From Leucoraja ocellata (taxonomy: Eukaryota): a DNA stretch of 55,488 nt. Made by a program: the position numbers and the translations under genes. Below are positions 1 through 10,971 of the stretch, piece by piece. The notes beneath the pieces were generated by a model. That model was not told where the DNA came from and ran no database searches. It was given only the letters and a program-made list of their open reading frames with translations. Positions within the stretch are counted from its first letter, which is position 1. Each line of letters opens with the position of its first letter. Location: NCBI GenBank assembly GCA_036785375.1, contig JAWMAR010004271.1, forward strand, positions 1 through 55,488. Reading direction: 5' to 3'.

Positions 1-74
1 CACATCAACTGGCTCTGCCTTTTCCATTCTACTTGTTACATCCTCAAAAGTATCAGATCCAGGAAAAATCATGT

Positions 75-365
75 AAAATCCAGAACCAGGGGCCGCAGTC
101 TAAGAATTTAAAACTGAGAGGAAAAAAAACTTTCACCTGGAGAGTTGTGAATTTGCGAAATACTCGGCAACAGAAGGCAGTAAAGTCCCATTCACGGGAT
201 GATTTTATAAGAGCTAGATAGAGGTCTCGGTGCTAACGGAATCAAGGGATATGGGGAGAAGGCAGCAAGGGTTACTGATTGTGGATGATCAGCCATGATC
301 ACGATGAATAGCGGTGCAGGCTCGAAGGGCCAAATGGCCTCCTCCTGCACCTATTATCTATGTTT
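75..365 (+). mobile_element. CR1 LINE 3' end fragment (paralogues about 22780-23085, 33690-33988)
   Basis: Decayed ..TWRVVNL.. ORF2 end, 3' UTR GCTCGAAGGGCCAAATGGCCTCCTCCTGCACC and TCTATG tail. Confidence 0.75.
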
Positions 366-514
366 ATATCTCACTTGGTCACATCGAATTCATCAACGTT
401 ATTCATTTGTAGGATGATCGCGTCTCTGGGAACGCAGTATTTATTGCCCATCCAAATATGGGAACACAGAGGCACAAGGAACTGCGGATGCTGGAATCAT
501 GATAAAACAGAAAG

Positions 515-1445
515 TGCTGGAGTAACACGGGGTGTGCCTCAGGGTGCGGTGTTGGGCCCGTTAACGTCTGTCATCTATATCAATGATTTGAATGGGATCA
601 TACTTGGTAAGATTAGCAAGTTTGCAGATGATACAAACGTGGGAGGTGTTGCAGATAGTGGAGATGGTTGTGAAAAAGTGCAGCAGGATCTGGATCAATT
701 GGCCAGGTAGGCTGAGGAATGGTTGATGGAATATAATGCACAGAAATGTGAAGTGTTTTATTTTGGGAAGCTTAACATGGGGAGGACCTATGCAGTCGAG
801 GTAGATCGGGTGGTCAAAAAGGCTTTGGCACATTGGCCTTCATCAGCCCGTGTAATGAGTATAGAGATTGGGAGGTCTTGTTGCAGATGTATAAGAAGTT
901 GGTGACATCACATTTAGATTATTGTGTTCAGTTTGGGCACCATCCTATAGGAAAGATTTCGACAAGCTGGAAAGGGTACAGAGAAGATTTACGAGGATGT
1001 TGCCGTGACTAGAGGGTCTGAGGTATAGGGAGGGGTTGAATAGGCTGGGATTATTCCTTGGAGCGCAAGAGGATGAGGGGAAATCTTATAGAGGTGTATA
1101 GGGTCGTGAGAGGAATAGATCGAGTAGATGCACAGTCCCTTGTCCAGAGTAGGTGAATCGAGGACCAGGTTTATGGTGACAGGGCAAAGATTCAATAGGA
1201 ATCTGAGGGGTAACTTTTTCTCAGCGGGTGGTGGGTGTATGGAACAAGCAGCCAGAGGAGGTAGTTGTGTCAGGGACTATCTCAACGTTTAGCAAAACAG
1301 TTAGACATCTACATGGATATGACAGATTTGGAGGGATATGGACCCAATACGGGCAGGTGGGACTAGTGTAGATGGGACATGTTGGCCGATGTGGGAAAGG
1401 TGGGCCGAAAGGCCTGTTTCCACTCTCTATGATTCTATGACCCTC
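515..1445 (+). mobile_element. Decayed CR1 LINE ORF2 3' half (paralogues about 23235-24165 and 34138-35075)
   Basis: GVPQGAVLGP, SKFADDT, QQDLDQL, NAQKC motifs with stops and frameshifts; CTATGA tail. Confidence 0.85.
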
Positions 1446-1712
1446 TTTGACTCTATGGGGCATCATGCAGCTTCTGCGGATCGGCGTTTGGGGAGGTAAT
1501 AATGAGCAGCCATGAGCCAGTGCAATCTTTCGCGTGTTCACGTTGCAAAGTTTAAAACGTGCAGCAGTGAGATAAGGATGAGGACGGTGAGAGCAGGGAC
1601 CAGTGTAAATAAACATTAGGTAAACTTGCTTATCGTAGTGACATACCGACGTTCAGAGTGGCTTATGCGCGCAATTACAGCTCATTCTGTAGATGGTACA
1701 TATTGTAGTCAC

Positions 1713-1912
1713 TTTAGTTTAATTTGGAGATACAGCGCCTAAACAGGCCCTTCTACCCACTGATCACCAGTCCCCGCACATTAACATGATCCTACACACT
1801 TTAGGGACAATATATAATTTGCCCAAGCCAATGAACCTACCAATCTGTCTTTGTGGTGTGGGAGGAAACCGGAGATTCCTGGGAAATCCCAGGCAGGTCA
1901 TGGGGAAAACGT
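1713..1912 (-). mobile_element. Truncated V-SINE/HE1-like SINE (paralogues about 12575-12725, 24434-24632, 40161-40360, 51725-51880)
   Basis: TGTGGGAGGAAACCGGAG..GCAGGTCATGGGGAAAACGT core and (TTTAG) tail recognised from fish/shark SINEs; tRNA head absent. Confidence 0.55.
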
Positions 1913-2893
1913 AGTGGTGAAAGCATGAACGGTTAAGTTAATGGATCGCTGACCAGTCATGTTCACTGCTAAACTAATCTAGTTTCATGACACTTTAAGG
2001 ACAATTATTCATGGTAATTCTTTATCTCACACGCTATTTCCCGAAAACCGCTCTTCGCGTTTCTCCCTTGTCAGTTTTGCCAGATAGCTGGAGTGCTGGA
2101 GTGCCCGTGTTCTATACAACTTTAATTGAATATGGATGTGCTCTATGTAGAATTCCTGTCGTCCTGTCGTACTACAAAATCGAAAGAACTCTGGAAGTGG
2201 TCGGTGAGAGCCAATATGACCCCTTTTACTTCACTCATACATGCATTAATTTGGTACAGGCAACCTTTCAACTTTGAGTCGAGGCAAGTCTCGTGAATTA
2301 CTGCGTATTACAATACGAGAGTATTACAGACCGTTTTTCCAAGCGCGACACACATCGGGTAGTCTAAGTTGCCTCCAAAACTGCAACTTTACTGACATCT
2401 GTAGTGATGTTCTTTCTCCCCAGGTCCTTTCTAAATGATCTGATACACAAGTAGAAGGGCAGCCTGTGGGGTTTATCATTTCTAAAATGACAAAGATATC
2501 TAAATATAGATTCAATGTGCGTTTTAATAAAACAATGCTGATGCTGTGACTGTGATCATGTTATGTTCAGCGATACGGAGGTAGACAAAAATGCTGGAGA
2601 AACTCATCGGGTGAGGGAGCGAAGGAAATCAGCGATACGGATTCAGTTGGTCCGTTTAGATAAAATATTTCTATTCCGTTTTCATTTTTGATTAAACAGT
2701 TACCGAATATAATATTTAAAACTCGCAATCTGTTTAGTATATGTACGCGGAGGGCTCATACAGAACATTATAGATTGTTTGTTTATCCTTTTCATTCTGC
2801 TGGATGTATGAAGCTTTTTAGAAACACAAGTCTCTAAAATAAGACCTGCGTGTTTCACAGGGGCGAATATTTTGAGGAAGAATCTGGCAATTT

Positions 2894-2975
2894 CTGATTG
2901 GCTTCGACGAGCATACCGGTTTGATTGGTTTGGATAATTAAACACACGGTGGCATATCGTCATCCCATTTATAAA
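2894..2975 (+). promoter_or_regulatory. Cluster 1 promoter: two inverted CCAAT boxes (CTGATTGG 2894, ATTGG 2924), CGTCA half-CRE 2958, TATAAA 2970
   Basis: Motifs read directly; TATA about 70 nt 5' of leader ATG. Confidence 0.65.
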
Positions 2976-3045
2976 GAGAGCCAGAGAGCAAGATTACACG
3001 CCACTTGTCCTGGAAACTGCCGCCCCATCGGAGCTCAGTCGGTTA

Positions 3046-3100
3046 ATGAACATGTCTTATTGGATCCGTGTGGTCGGTGCGTTGGTGTTTTGCGCAGTTT
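3046..3100 (+). CDS. IGL: Ig light chain cluster 1, leader exon (MNMSYWIRVVGALVFCAV; alternative ATG 3052)
   Basis: Hydrophobic signal peptide, phase-1 donor T|GTGAGT at 3101, TATA box about 70 nt upstream. Confidence 0.9.
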
Positions 3101-3219
3101 GTGAGTATTTTACTTTCCTGGACATTATACTTATTTCTGTTCACCATTAATTTGGGATTACCTCCCACACTTCAACAAACTTAATATTTTCTTTTTTTCT
3201 GATATTTCTCCTTTCTCAG

Positions 3220-3564
3220 ACTTAAGCGCGGCTGTTACAGTAACTCAGCCGCCTTCGATGTCCACCTCTACGGGACAGAACATACAAATACCCTGCACCA
3301 TATCGGGTACCAGTTCGGGCGCTAACTATGTCTCGTGGTACCAACAGATTCCTGGCAAAACTCCCAAGTTTCTATTCGTCCATACTTACAGCGGCAGCAT
3401 TTATAAAGGCACGGACATTCCAGACCGTTTTTCCATCTCGGTGTCAGGCAGCTCTGTAACATTCGCAATATCTAGCGTTCAATCGGTGGATGCTGCTGAC
3501 TATTACTGTGCCAAATGGGATAGTGGTTTACATTTCGGTAAAGGAACGAGGCTGGGTATTGGTG
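3220..3564 (+). CDS. IGL: Ig light chain cluster 1, germline-joined V-J exon (lambda/type II-like)
   Basis: Polypyrimidine+AG acceptor; VTVTQPPS..C..WYQQ..DYYC-AKWDSGLH-FGKGTRL in one frame, no RSS between V and J; donor G|GTAAGT at 3565. Confidence 0.95.
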
Positions 3565-4545
3565 GTAAGTAAAATATATTCTTCGAACAGCGCGCTGTTT
3601 TCTTTTTGTTTTAATGCAGATATTGCTTGATTTAATGTCCTGAGTTCACAGGATACGTGATTGGGCCAGTTGTATTTCAGTGCAGATGGTGCGATCTTGC
3701 TGTACAGATGTTCCGAGTTCACTTGGCCATAACTCAGTGAAATGACTGGGAAAGCGAGCTAATGCTTTGTCTTGAGCTTCGTTCAATAAATTGCGGAAAT
3801 ATTTGCAGTGATTGTCCAGATATGAAAGGAAATTGCTTGAGTAACGGGTTTCGCCAACGTCAATATTCAACACTGTCAAAAATCCGGTTGACGGGTTGAA
3901 CAAGGATATCAAAATGCCAAATGCGAAAGGAGAAAGTTTCGCACATTTCCTTCAGAAATTGTGTTTAATACGTAGAGCAGCTTTTCGTGGACGCAGCCGT
4001 GTATTTCAAATTTAAATGGACATTCGAACTACAATGTAATTCTTGCTTGTGAACTATATCTGCGAATCGGTGACCGTGGCCTTCCATATATTTTTGCCGA
4101 ACTTAAGTAGCGTCACCCTCCATCTCAATGGTGCCGACAATTAAATAAGTTTAAATCTGTTATTATAAATGTCGCGACCGCGAATCGTTTATATCTGCTG
4201 ATATATTTAAATAAATGTAAATCCGGAAATGTGCAGTAAAATGAACATTATAAAAGTTATAATAATGTATTCAGTTTTATAAAATACTGCAGCCATGATC
4301 TATCACAGATGGTTTCCCGGTGTTTATACAGAGGGTAGACGGGATCTATTTTAGTTGCTTTCACGCACTTTATTTATTGTTCACCCAATTAAAATAAACA
4401 CACTATAATGGTTTGAAATAGGTCGAGAATGAAACGGCATTTCTATAAATGAATAAATGAGTGCTTTAATGAGATGTATTTTCGGTAAATAATGATATCT
4501 CAACGACAGCATTTCTCCAATTAAATGTGACTTCTTATTAAACAG

Positions 4546-4868
4546 ATCCTCGGGCACCGATCGTGACGGTCCTGCCGCCTTCAGCCGATGAAGTTACTTC
4601 AAAGGGCACCGCCACCCTGGTGTGTTTGGTGAACGGCTTTAATCCGGGCTCGGTGGCTGTTGAATGGACAGTCGACGGCAGTGCAAGAAATAGCGACGTT
4701 GAGACCAGCCCGATCCAGCAGGATAAGGGCAACACGTTCAGTCTCAGCAGTTACCTGACTCTGACAGCCTCAGACTGGAACTTACACGACCTTTACTCCT
4801 GTGTGGTTACACACCAGGCTCAGGCAAACCCACTTAAGACAGATATCATGAGATCCAGCTGTATCTGA
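4546..4868 (+). CDS. IGL: Ig light chain cluster 1, constant exon
   Basis: Acceptor AACAG|; DPRAPIVTVLPPS..ATLVCLV..EW..SSYLTL..YSCVVTH..RSSCI*; C1-set motifs and penultimate Cys for the H-L disulfide. Confidence 0.95.
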
Positions 4869-5131
4869 TGTTGGAAACGTGAGGCTGACCTGACTAAGTT
4901 AGTTTATCATCATTGGGTTCGTCCATGTGACAAAGTTAGTAATGTATTGGACTTCAGTGTTTTCGTTCAGAAATGCCATTTGTAGTTGAAACTTCGATTT
5001 TTATGACGTTCACTTTAAATGTAGTTCTTTCGAAATAATGTCGTTCTTGAATGAAGCATCAAGTAGATTCAATTGCGTTATCCAACAGCATGGATGTTGT
5101 TATTGTACCCATGGTATCTTTGTAGCCGTTC

Positions 5132-5137
5132 AATAAA
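5132..5137 (+). terminator. Polyadenylation signal AATAAA of cluster 1 (paralogues 15828, 27892, 43611, 54987)
   Basis: AATAAA about 265 nt after the C stop, followed by G/T-rich sequence, present in all five copies. Confidence 0.7.
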
Positions 5138-5981
5138 GTTTAAAAAAACGCATTTCAAATGCATTGTTGATTCCCTCTGGTTTATTTCTGACCCGAACCA
5201 AAGAACCGTACAAACCAAGCAGGGCAAAGGTGGTCTTAAACCCCAAATTATCACAGAAATAAACAGAAAATACTGTTCATACTCAGTAAGTCGGGCGGTA
5301 TGTGGGAAGTGAGAAATAGATTAGACGTTTCAGGCTGTTTAAAAAAAATCAAAAACGTCCCTATCAGCCACGTGCGTTCAGGGTTTGTTAAATATGTCTT
5401 TGTTCACAAGGTGTACCGCTACATAATTAAATAAAATACGTGGCCATACGTGGAAATCTGGAAATTTGGAAACGCCATAAACTCCTTCATCACAGAAGGC
5501 CGTGACCTTCACACTAATCGGTGACGGGGTTTGTATTTAAATATTTACAAACATTACTCCTTATTTCTTCTTTATTTCTTCTGATTGTCAGCTTTAAAGA
5601 CACGGGGTGATTATTGGCGTTAGCGGAACTGCCACTGAGTTTGTATGTGGCGTGCACGTGTCTCACGGTGGTATTACACTAGAACTGGGCAACAACACTC
5701 TCAATAAAGCAAGATAATATCTACAGAAAGATGCGATGAGTGCACGGCAGCTTCATATAGACACCTGCAGAAAGAGAGAGGGGGGGGGGGGGGGGGGTGA
5801 GAATAGGACGGGGGCAGGGTTAATAGCGAACAATGAGGGAACTATATGCTATAGTTAGAGGACAACCAGTCACGGACAAACCCCTGACCTCTGTCACAAA
5901 TCGCCTTTCGCTTATTCCAAGCTTTATTCCCAATTATTTTCACGTTACATGAGCAACCTGTGCTTGAGTCTGAAAGAATGG

Positions 5982-6190
5982 GAAGGAGCTGCAGATGCTG
6001 GTTTAAAGCAAAGATAGACACAAAGATCTGGAGTAAATCAGCGGGTCAGAAAGCATCTCTGGAGAAAATGAATCGGTGACGTTTTGGGGCGAGACCCTTC
6101 TTCAGACTGTTTGAAGAAAGGTCTCGATCCGAAATGTCACCTATTCATTTTCTCCAGAGATGCTGGCTGACCCGCTAATTTACTCCAGCT
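5982..6190. mobile_element. Palindromic non-autonomous repeat, Penelope-like terminus (paralogues about 16944-17150, 28444-28650, 44720-44927; related copy 7864-8075)
   Basis: About 75-bp imperfect arms 6028-6104 / 6111-6188. Confidence 0.6.
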
Positions 6191-6191
6191 T

Positions 6192-6590
6192 TATAGAAAC
6201 ATAGAAACATAGAAACTTAGAAAATAGGTGCAGGAGTAGGCCATTCGGCCCTTCGAGCCTGCACCGCTATTCAATATGATCATGGCTGATCATCCAACTC
6301 AGTATCCTGCACCAGCCTTCTCTCCATACCCCGTGATCCCTTTAGCCACAAGGGCCACATCTAACTCCCTCTTACATATAGCCAATGAACTGGCCTCAAC
6401 TACCTTCTGTGGCAGAGAATTTCAGAGATTCCAGAGATGTGTGAAAACATGTTTTCCTCATCTCGGTCCCAAAAGATTTCCCCCCCTTTCCTTAAACTGT
6501 GACCCCCTGTCCTGGACCTCCCCAACGTCGGGAACAATCTTCCTGCATCTACCCTGTCCAACCCCCTAAGAATTTTGTAAGTTTCAGCCA
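6192..6590 (-). mobile_element. CR1 3' end on minus strand (paralogues about 17155-17480, 44930-45320)
   Basis: (ATAGAAAC)n tail; ETYKILRGLDRVDAGRLFP..RTGGHSL on minus strand. Confidence 0.8.
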
Positions 6591-7028
6591 TGATCTCATT
6601 ATGTGTCTTATCTTTTCTAAATGATCCGGTTTGTATGCATTTTGGCTGATTCGAATAAATGGTCACATATCTGCAATAGCTCATCTGATGGTTAGTTATT
6701 TTGGAAATTCCTCTAAATCTGTAAATACTGAGCCTACTTTCACTCGGAAAAAATGGTCAATTAAAACGCCTTGACTATGCCCCTCATTCAAATCACCATT
6801 ATACCTTCCCTGTTCAAAGGGACCAATTCCGGTTATTCTCGGGCTGCCATTATCATGCCCATTTTCTTCCCAATTTCTTCTGCGGCTTGTATTGAAGGAG
6901 CCAAAAACAAAGATTTGAGTCTTCCCGGCCTTGCCTTTTCCTTCCGTTCCCGTAGTGTCCTGGTTATCCATTGTGAGCTCCACCTTTCCCTGGTCATCGA
7001 TATCGGTTCTCATTTGTTCTGAATCTTT

Positions 7029-7243
7029 TCATAGAGACATAGAAACATAGAAAGTAGGTGCAGAAGGAGGCCATTCGGCCCTTCGAGCGAGCACCGCCAT
7101 TCAATGAGATCATGGCTGATCGTCCCCAATCAATAACCCGTGCCTGCCGTCTGCCCATATCCCTTGATTCCACTAGCCTCTAGAGCTCTAACTCTCTCTT
7201 AAATCCATCCAGTGATTTGGCCTCCACTGCCCTCTGTGGCAGG
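7029..7243 (-). mobile_element. Second CR1 3' end on minus strand (paralogues about 17840-18045, 28655-28860, 45760-45972)
   Basis: Same tail and 3' UTR. Confidence 0.8.
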
Positions 7244-8094
7244 TACTGACCCAAAAGGCCGCATTTTCTCCTGTCTCGTAATGTCATTACAATATTTTAC
7301 CGTTGCCTTTCGAAGATGTCTATGTGTGAGCGCCAGGACCGGCGAGAAAATCATGCACTTACGCTCATGCCATGTATAAATGCTGTCGGCCTCTCTCGCT
7401 CATCATCCGCGTGAATGCTGTTAAACACGATGTCAGTGTCATAACTTCAGATCTATCCACGATGGCCCACAATGTCTGTGCGAACCTAATGCCAATGTCA
7501 TCTGCCTGCCATATATAATGTTTATATCCCTCCATTCCCTATCTGTTCACGTGTTTGCCTAAATGCCTCTTGAACCTTGCTGGGTATCTACTTACACCGC
7601 TTCTTCTAGCAAAGCGTTGCACACTTTCTGTTTAAAAAAGACATGCAAAGTGTGCCCCCTTCAAACGCCCCCTCGCCTACTTTAATAAACTATATTATAT
7701 AATACTTCGGCCCTGGACTCCTAAGTAAAGCGACTTATCTTCACTAAGGGTATTAGAGCAATAGATAGGGATAGGAAATCGATGCAGTTTCTGGCCAACA
7801 ACACATTAATCCCCAAAATAAATCAATGGATAGGGATTCAATAAACCGACAGTGTTAGTTAACGTGTAGGAAGGAACTGCAGATGCTGGTTTAAATCGCA
7901 GATCGATACAAAATGCTCGAGTAACGCAGCGGGACAGGAAACGTCTCTAGATAGAAGAAATGGGTGACGTTTCGGGTCTGAAACAGGGTCTCGACCGGAA
8001 AGGTCACAAATTCCTTCTGTCCAGAGATGTTGCCTGTCCCGCTGAGTCAGTCCAGCATGTTGTATCAAATGTTGGTTAAGGTCTGTTTCGTTTT

Positions 8095-8375
8095 GGAGAA
8101 CTCGGAAAATTGCTGAAAATGCTGAAACCTCCAAGGTGGTTATCTTCGGTTTGCTTCCAGTTCCTCATGCTGGCGAGTGCAGGAACAGGGAGATACGGGA
8201 CCTGAATGTATGGCTGAGGAACTGGTGCAGGGGCAGGGATTTAGATTCCTAGACCACTGAGATGTGTTTTGGAGTAAGGGGGAACTGTACAAAAGGGACG
8301 GATTGCACTTTAACAGACGGGGGACCAGCATTCTGGCAGGCAGGCTTGCCACTGCTGAACAGGTGGTTTTAAATT
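8095..8375 (+). mobile_element. CR1 ORF1 SGNH-esterase C-terminal fragment
   Basis: Translates, with lesions, as KVVI.GLLPVPHA..RNREIRDLNVWLRNWC..GFRFLDH..LYKRDGLHFNRRGTSILAGR. Confidence 0.75.
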
Positions 8376-8378
8376 AAA

Positions 8379-9400
8379 CTAGACGAAATGCAGACCCGTT
8401 GGGGGGGGGGGGGGGGGGGGGGTGGAGAAGGAATTTATTTAAAATTTGTACATAAACACGACGAAATTTAATCAGGAGTGGATACTTGGAATGAAAAATG
8501 AAATCTCTACCGAAATGGAAACATTCTGGGCATTTGTGGGTCTGGTGTTGGCGTAGCAACGAATCAAGGCTGACAGCCACAGGCTGGGAACCACGAGTCA
8601 GGCAGAAACACAGCCAGCCAGCAGCCAGCCACATAGTTTTAATATTATGCTAGACCAAGTGCAGACCCGTTGGGTCTGTTTCCCCAACGCGCGTTTGCGG
8701 GGGAAGAGGGGGGGGGCTGGGGCATCACACTCACACTAACCACTAACCAGGGGTAGGGGGTAGAGAGGGGGGAAAGTGTGGAGGGAGTGGGAGAGCGGAG
8801 AGAGGGGGAAGAGTGGGAGGGAAAGAGAAGGGAGGGGGAGAGAGGGGTGGGGGAGGGAGATGGGGAGGAGTGGGGGATGGGGGGTGGGGGGAGATAAGTG
8901 TAAGACTGCGGAGGGAGGGGAGGAGGGAGATGGGGTAGGGGAGGGAGGGGGAGAGTATGGAGTGAGGGGGAGAGGGGTGGGGGGAGAGAGGGGAAATAGT
9001 GGGGAGGGAGAGTGGAAGGGGGAGGGGTAGGGAAGTCCATCTGTTCCCCATTCCCTATCACCCCCAACCCTCTGTCTCTATTCCCACACACGTGATGACG
9101 CGCTTCGACACAAGCTGCGGGGGTGGGGGGAGGGGCTGGGGCTGGGGCTGCTGCAAAGGCATATGTAAATTGATCCATTCCGATTGGACATCTGTGAGCA
9201 TTGGGAATTGTGACATCACACGATGGAAAGTTCAACAACATTCTATGGGTGAGAGCTGTTTTTTTTAATTGTCGGGGCGGGGGGGGGGGGGGGGGGAGAA
9301 GGATTTTATTACAAATGTGTTCATAAACACGACGAAATTTATGGAGTGGATACTTGGAATGAAAAGTGAATTTTCTACCGAAATGGAAAAAATCTGGGCG
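8379..9400 (-). mobile_element. Tandem non-autonomous Helitron-like units with G-rich core (units end at CTAG 8379 and 8650)
   Basis: Minus-strand 3' end: hairpin CAGACCC-AAC-GGGTCTG, 8 nt, CTAG; repeated 5' module. Confidence 0.65.
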
Positions 9401-10563
9401 CACTGGTGATCATTTTAAAATGTTCAATAGATTGAGGATCAGTTCCTGTGGATTGGAGGATTGCTAATGTTATCCCACTTTTCAAGAAAGGAGTGAGAGA
9501 GAAAACTGGGAATTACAGACCAGTTAGCCTGACGTCGGTGGTGGGAAAGATGCTGGAGGCAATTATTAAATATGTAATAATGGGGCATTTGGATAGCAGT
9601 AAAAGGATTAGTCCAAGTCAACATGGATTTCTGAAAGGGAAATCATCCTTGACTAATCTTCTGGAATTTTTTGAGGATATGACAAGTAAAATGGATTAAG
9701 GGGAGCCAGTGGATTTAGTATATCTAGCCATTCAGAAAGCCTTTGATAATGACACAAAGCTGGGTGGCAGTGTGAACTGTGAAGAGGATGTTAGGTGGTT
9801 GCAGGGTGACCTGGACAGGTTGAGTGAGTGGGCAAATGCGTGGCAGATGCAGTATAATATAGATAAATGTGAGGTTATCCACTTTGGCGGCAACAACAAG
9901 GGAGAAGATTATTATCTGAAGGGGTTAGGTTAGGTAAAGGGGAGGTGCAGCGAGACCTGGGCGTCTTTGTACACCAGTCACTGAAAGTTGGCGTGCAGGT
10001 ACAGCAGGCAGTGAAGAAAGCTAATGTTGGCCTTCATAACAAGAGGATTTCAGTATAGGAGTAAAGAGGTTCTTCTGCAGTTGTATAGGGCTCTGGTAAG
10101 ACCACATCTGGAGTATTGCGTACAGTTTTGGTCTCCTAATCTGAGGAAGGACATCCTTGTGATTGAAGCAATGCAGCGTAGGTTCACGAGATTGATCCCT
10201 GGGATGGCGGGACTGTCCTATGAGGAAAGATTGAAAATACTAGGCTTGTATTCGCTGGAGTTTAGAAGGATGAGGGGGTATCTTATAGAAACATATAAAA
10301 TTATAAACAGGACTGTACAAGCTAGATGCAGGAAAAATGTTCCCAATGCCGGGCCAGTCCAGAACCAGGGGCCACAGTCTTGGAGGCCATTTAGGAGTTA
10401 GATAGAGCTCTAGAGGCTAGTGGAATCAAGGGATATGGGGAGAAGGCTGGCACGTGTTATTGATTGGGCACGATCAGCTAAGATCGCAATGAATGGCGGT
10501 GCTGGCTCGAAGGGCCGAATGGCCTCCTTCTGCACCTAGTTTCTATGTTTCTATGTTTCTATG
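9400..10563 (+). mobile_element. Internally deleted CR1 ORF2 and 3' tail (paralogue 48557-49716)
   Basis: [43 protein letters not shown], (TTTCTATG)3 tail. Confidence 0.9.
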
Positions 10564-10971
10564 AAAAGATTCAGAACAAATGAGACCCGAAATCGACGAT
10601 CAGGGAAAGGTGGAGCTCACAATGAACAACCAGGACACTAGGGAATCTGGAGAAAAAGGCATGGCCGGGAAGACTCAAATGTCTGCTGTTGGCTCCGTCA
10701 GAAAAATTACAAGCCGCAGAAGAAATTGAGAAGAAATTGGGCATGATCATGGCAGCTCGAGAGTAACGGAATTGGTTCCTTTGAACAGGGAAGGTATAAT
10801 GGCGATTTGAATGAGGGACATAGTCCGCTCACCCAACCTATAGAGTATTGAATTCAGTCTAGAGGTGTATAGGGTCGTGAGAGGAATAGATCGGGTGGAT
10901 GTATAGTCCCTTGCCCAGAGGAGGACCGGGTTCATGGTGACGGGCAAAGATTTAATAGGAATCTGAGGGGT

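Noticed and set aside
2011-2963. Short ORFs recurring in each unit (upstream flank, antisense in J-C intron and C exon)
   Set aside because: Recurrence is explained by recent segmental duplication; frames break between copies; no domain or splice support
3504-3510. Cryptic heptamer TACTGTG in FR3 as evidence of V replacement
   Set aside because: Follows from the Tyr-Cys codons found in most V genes; no unrearranged RSS-bearing V donor in the window
3258-3572. ORF-track V protein starting MSTSTG and ending GGK*
   Set aside because: Internal Met and read-through into the intron; true exon is 3220-3564
8700-9035. G-rich tracts as Ig class-switch regions
   Set aside because: Light-chain locus, no AGCT-rich repeat unit, and tracts lie inside Helitron-like units
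8645-9403. Pro-rich/Gly-rich ORFs here and at 18981-19504, 29806-30390, 46760-48384
   Set aside because: Artefacts of G-rich low-complexity sequence lacking stops
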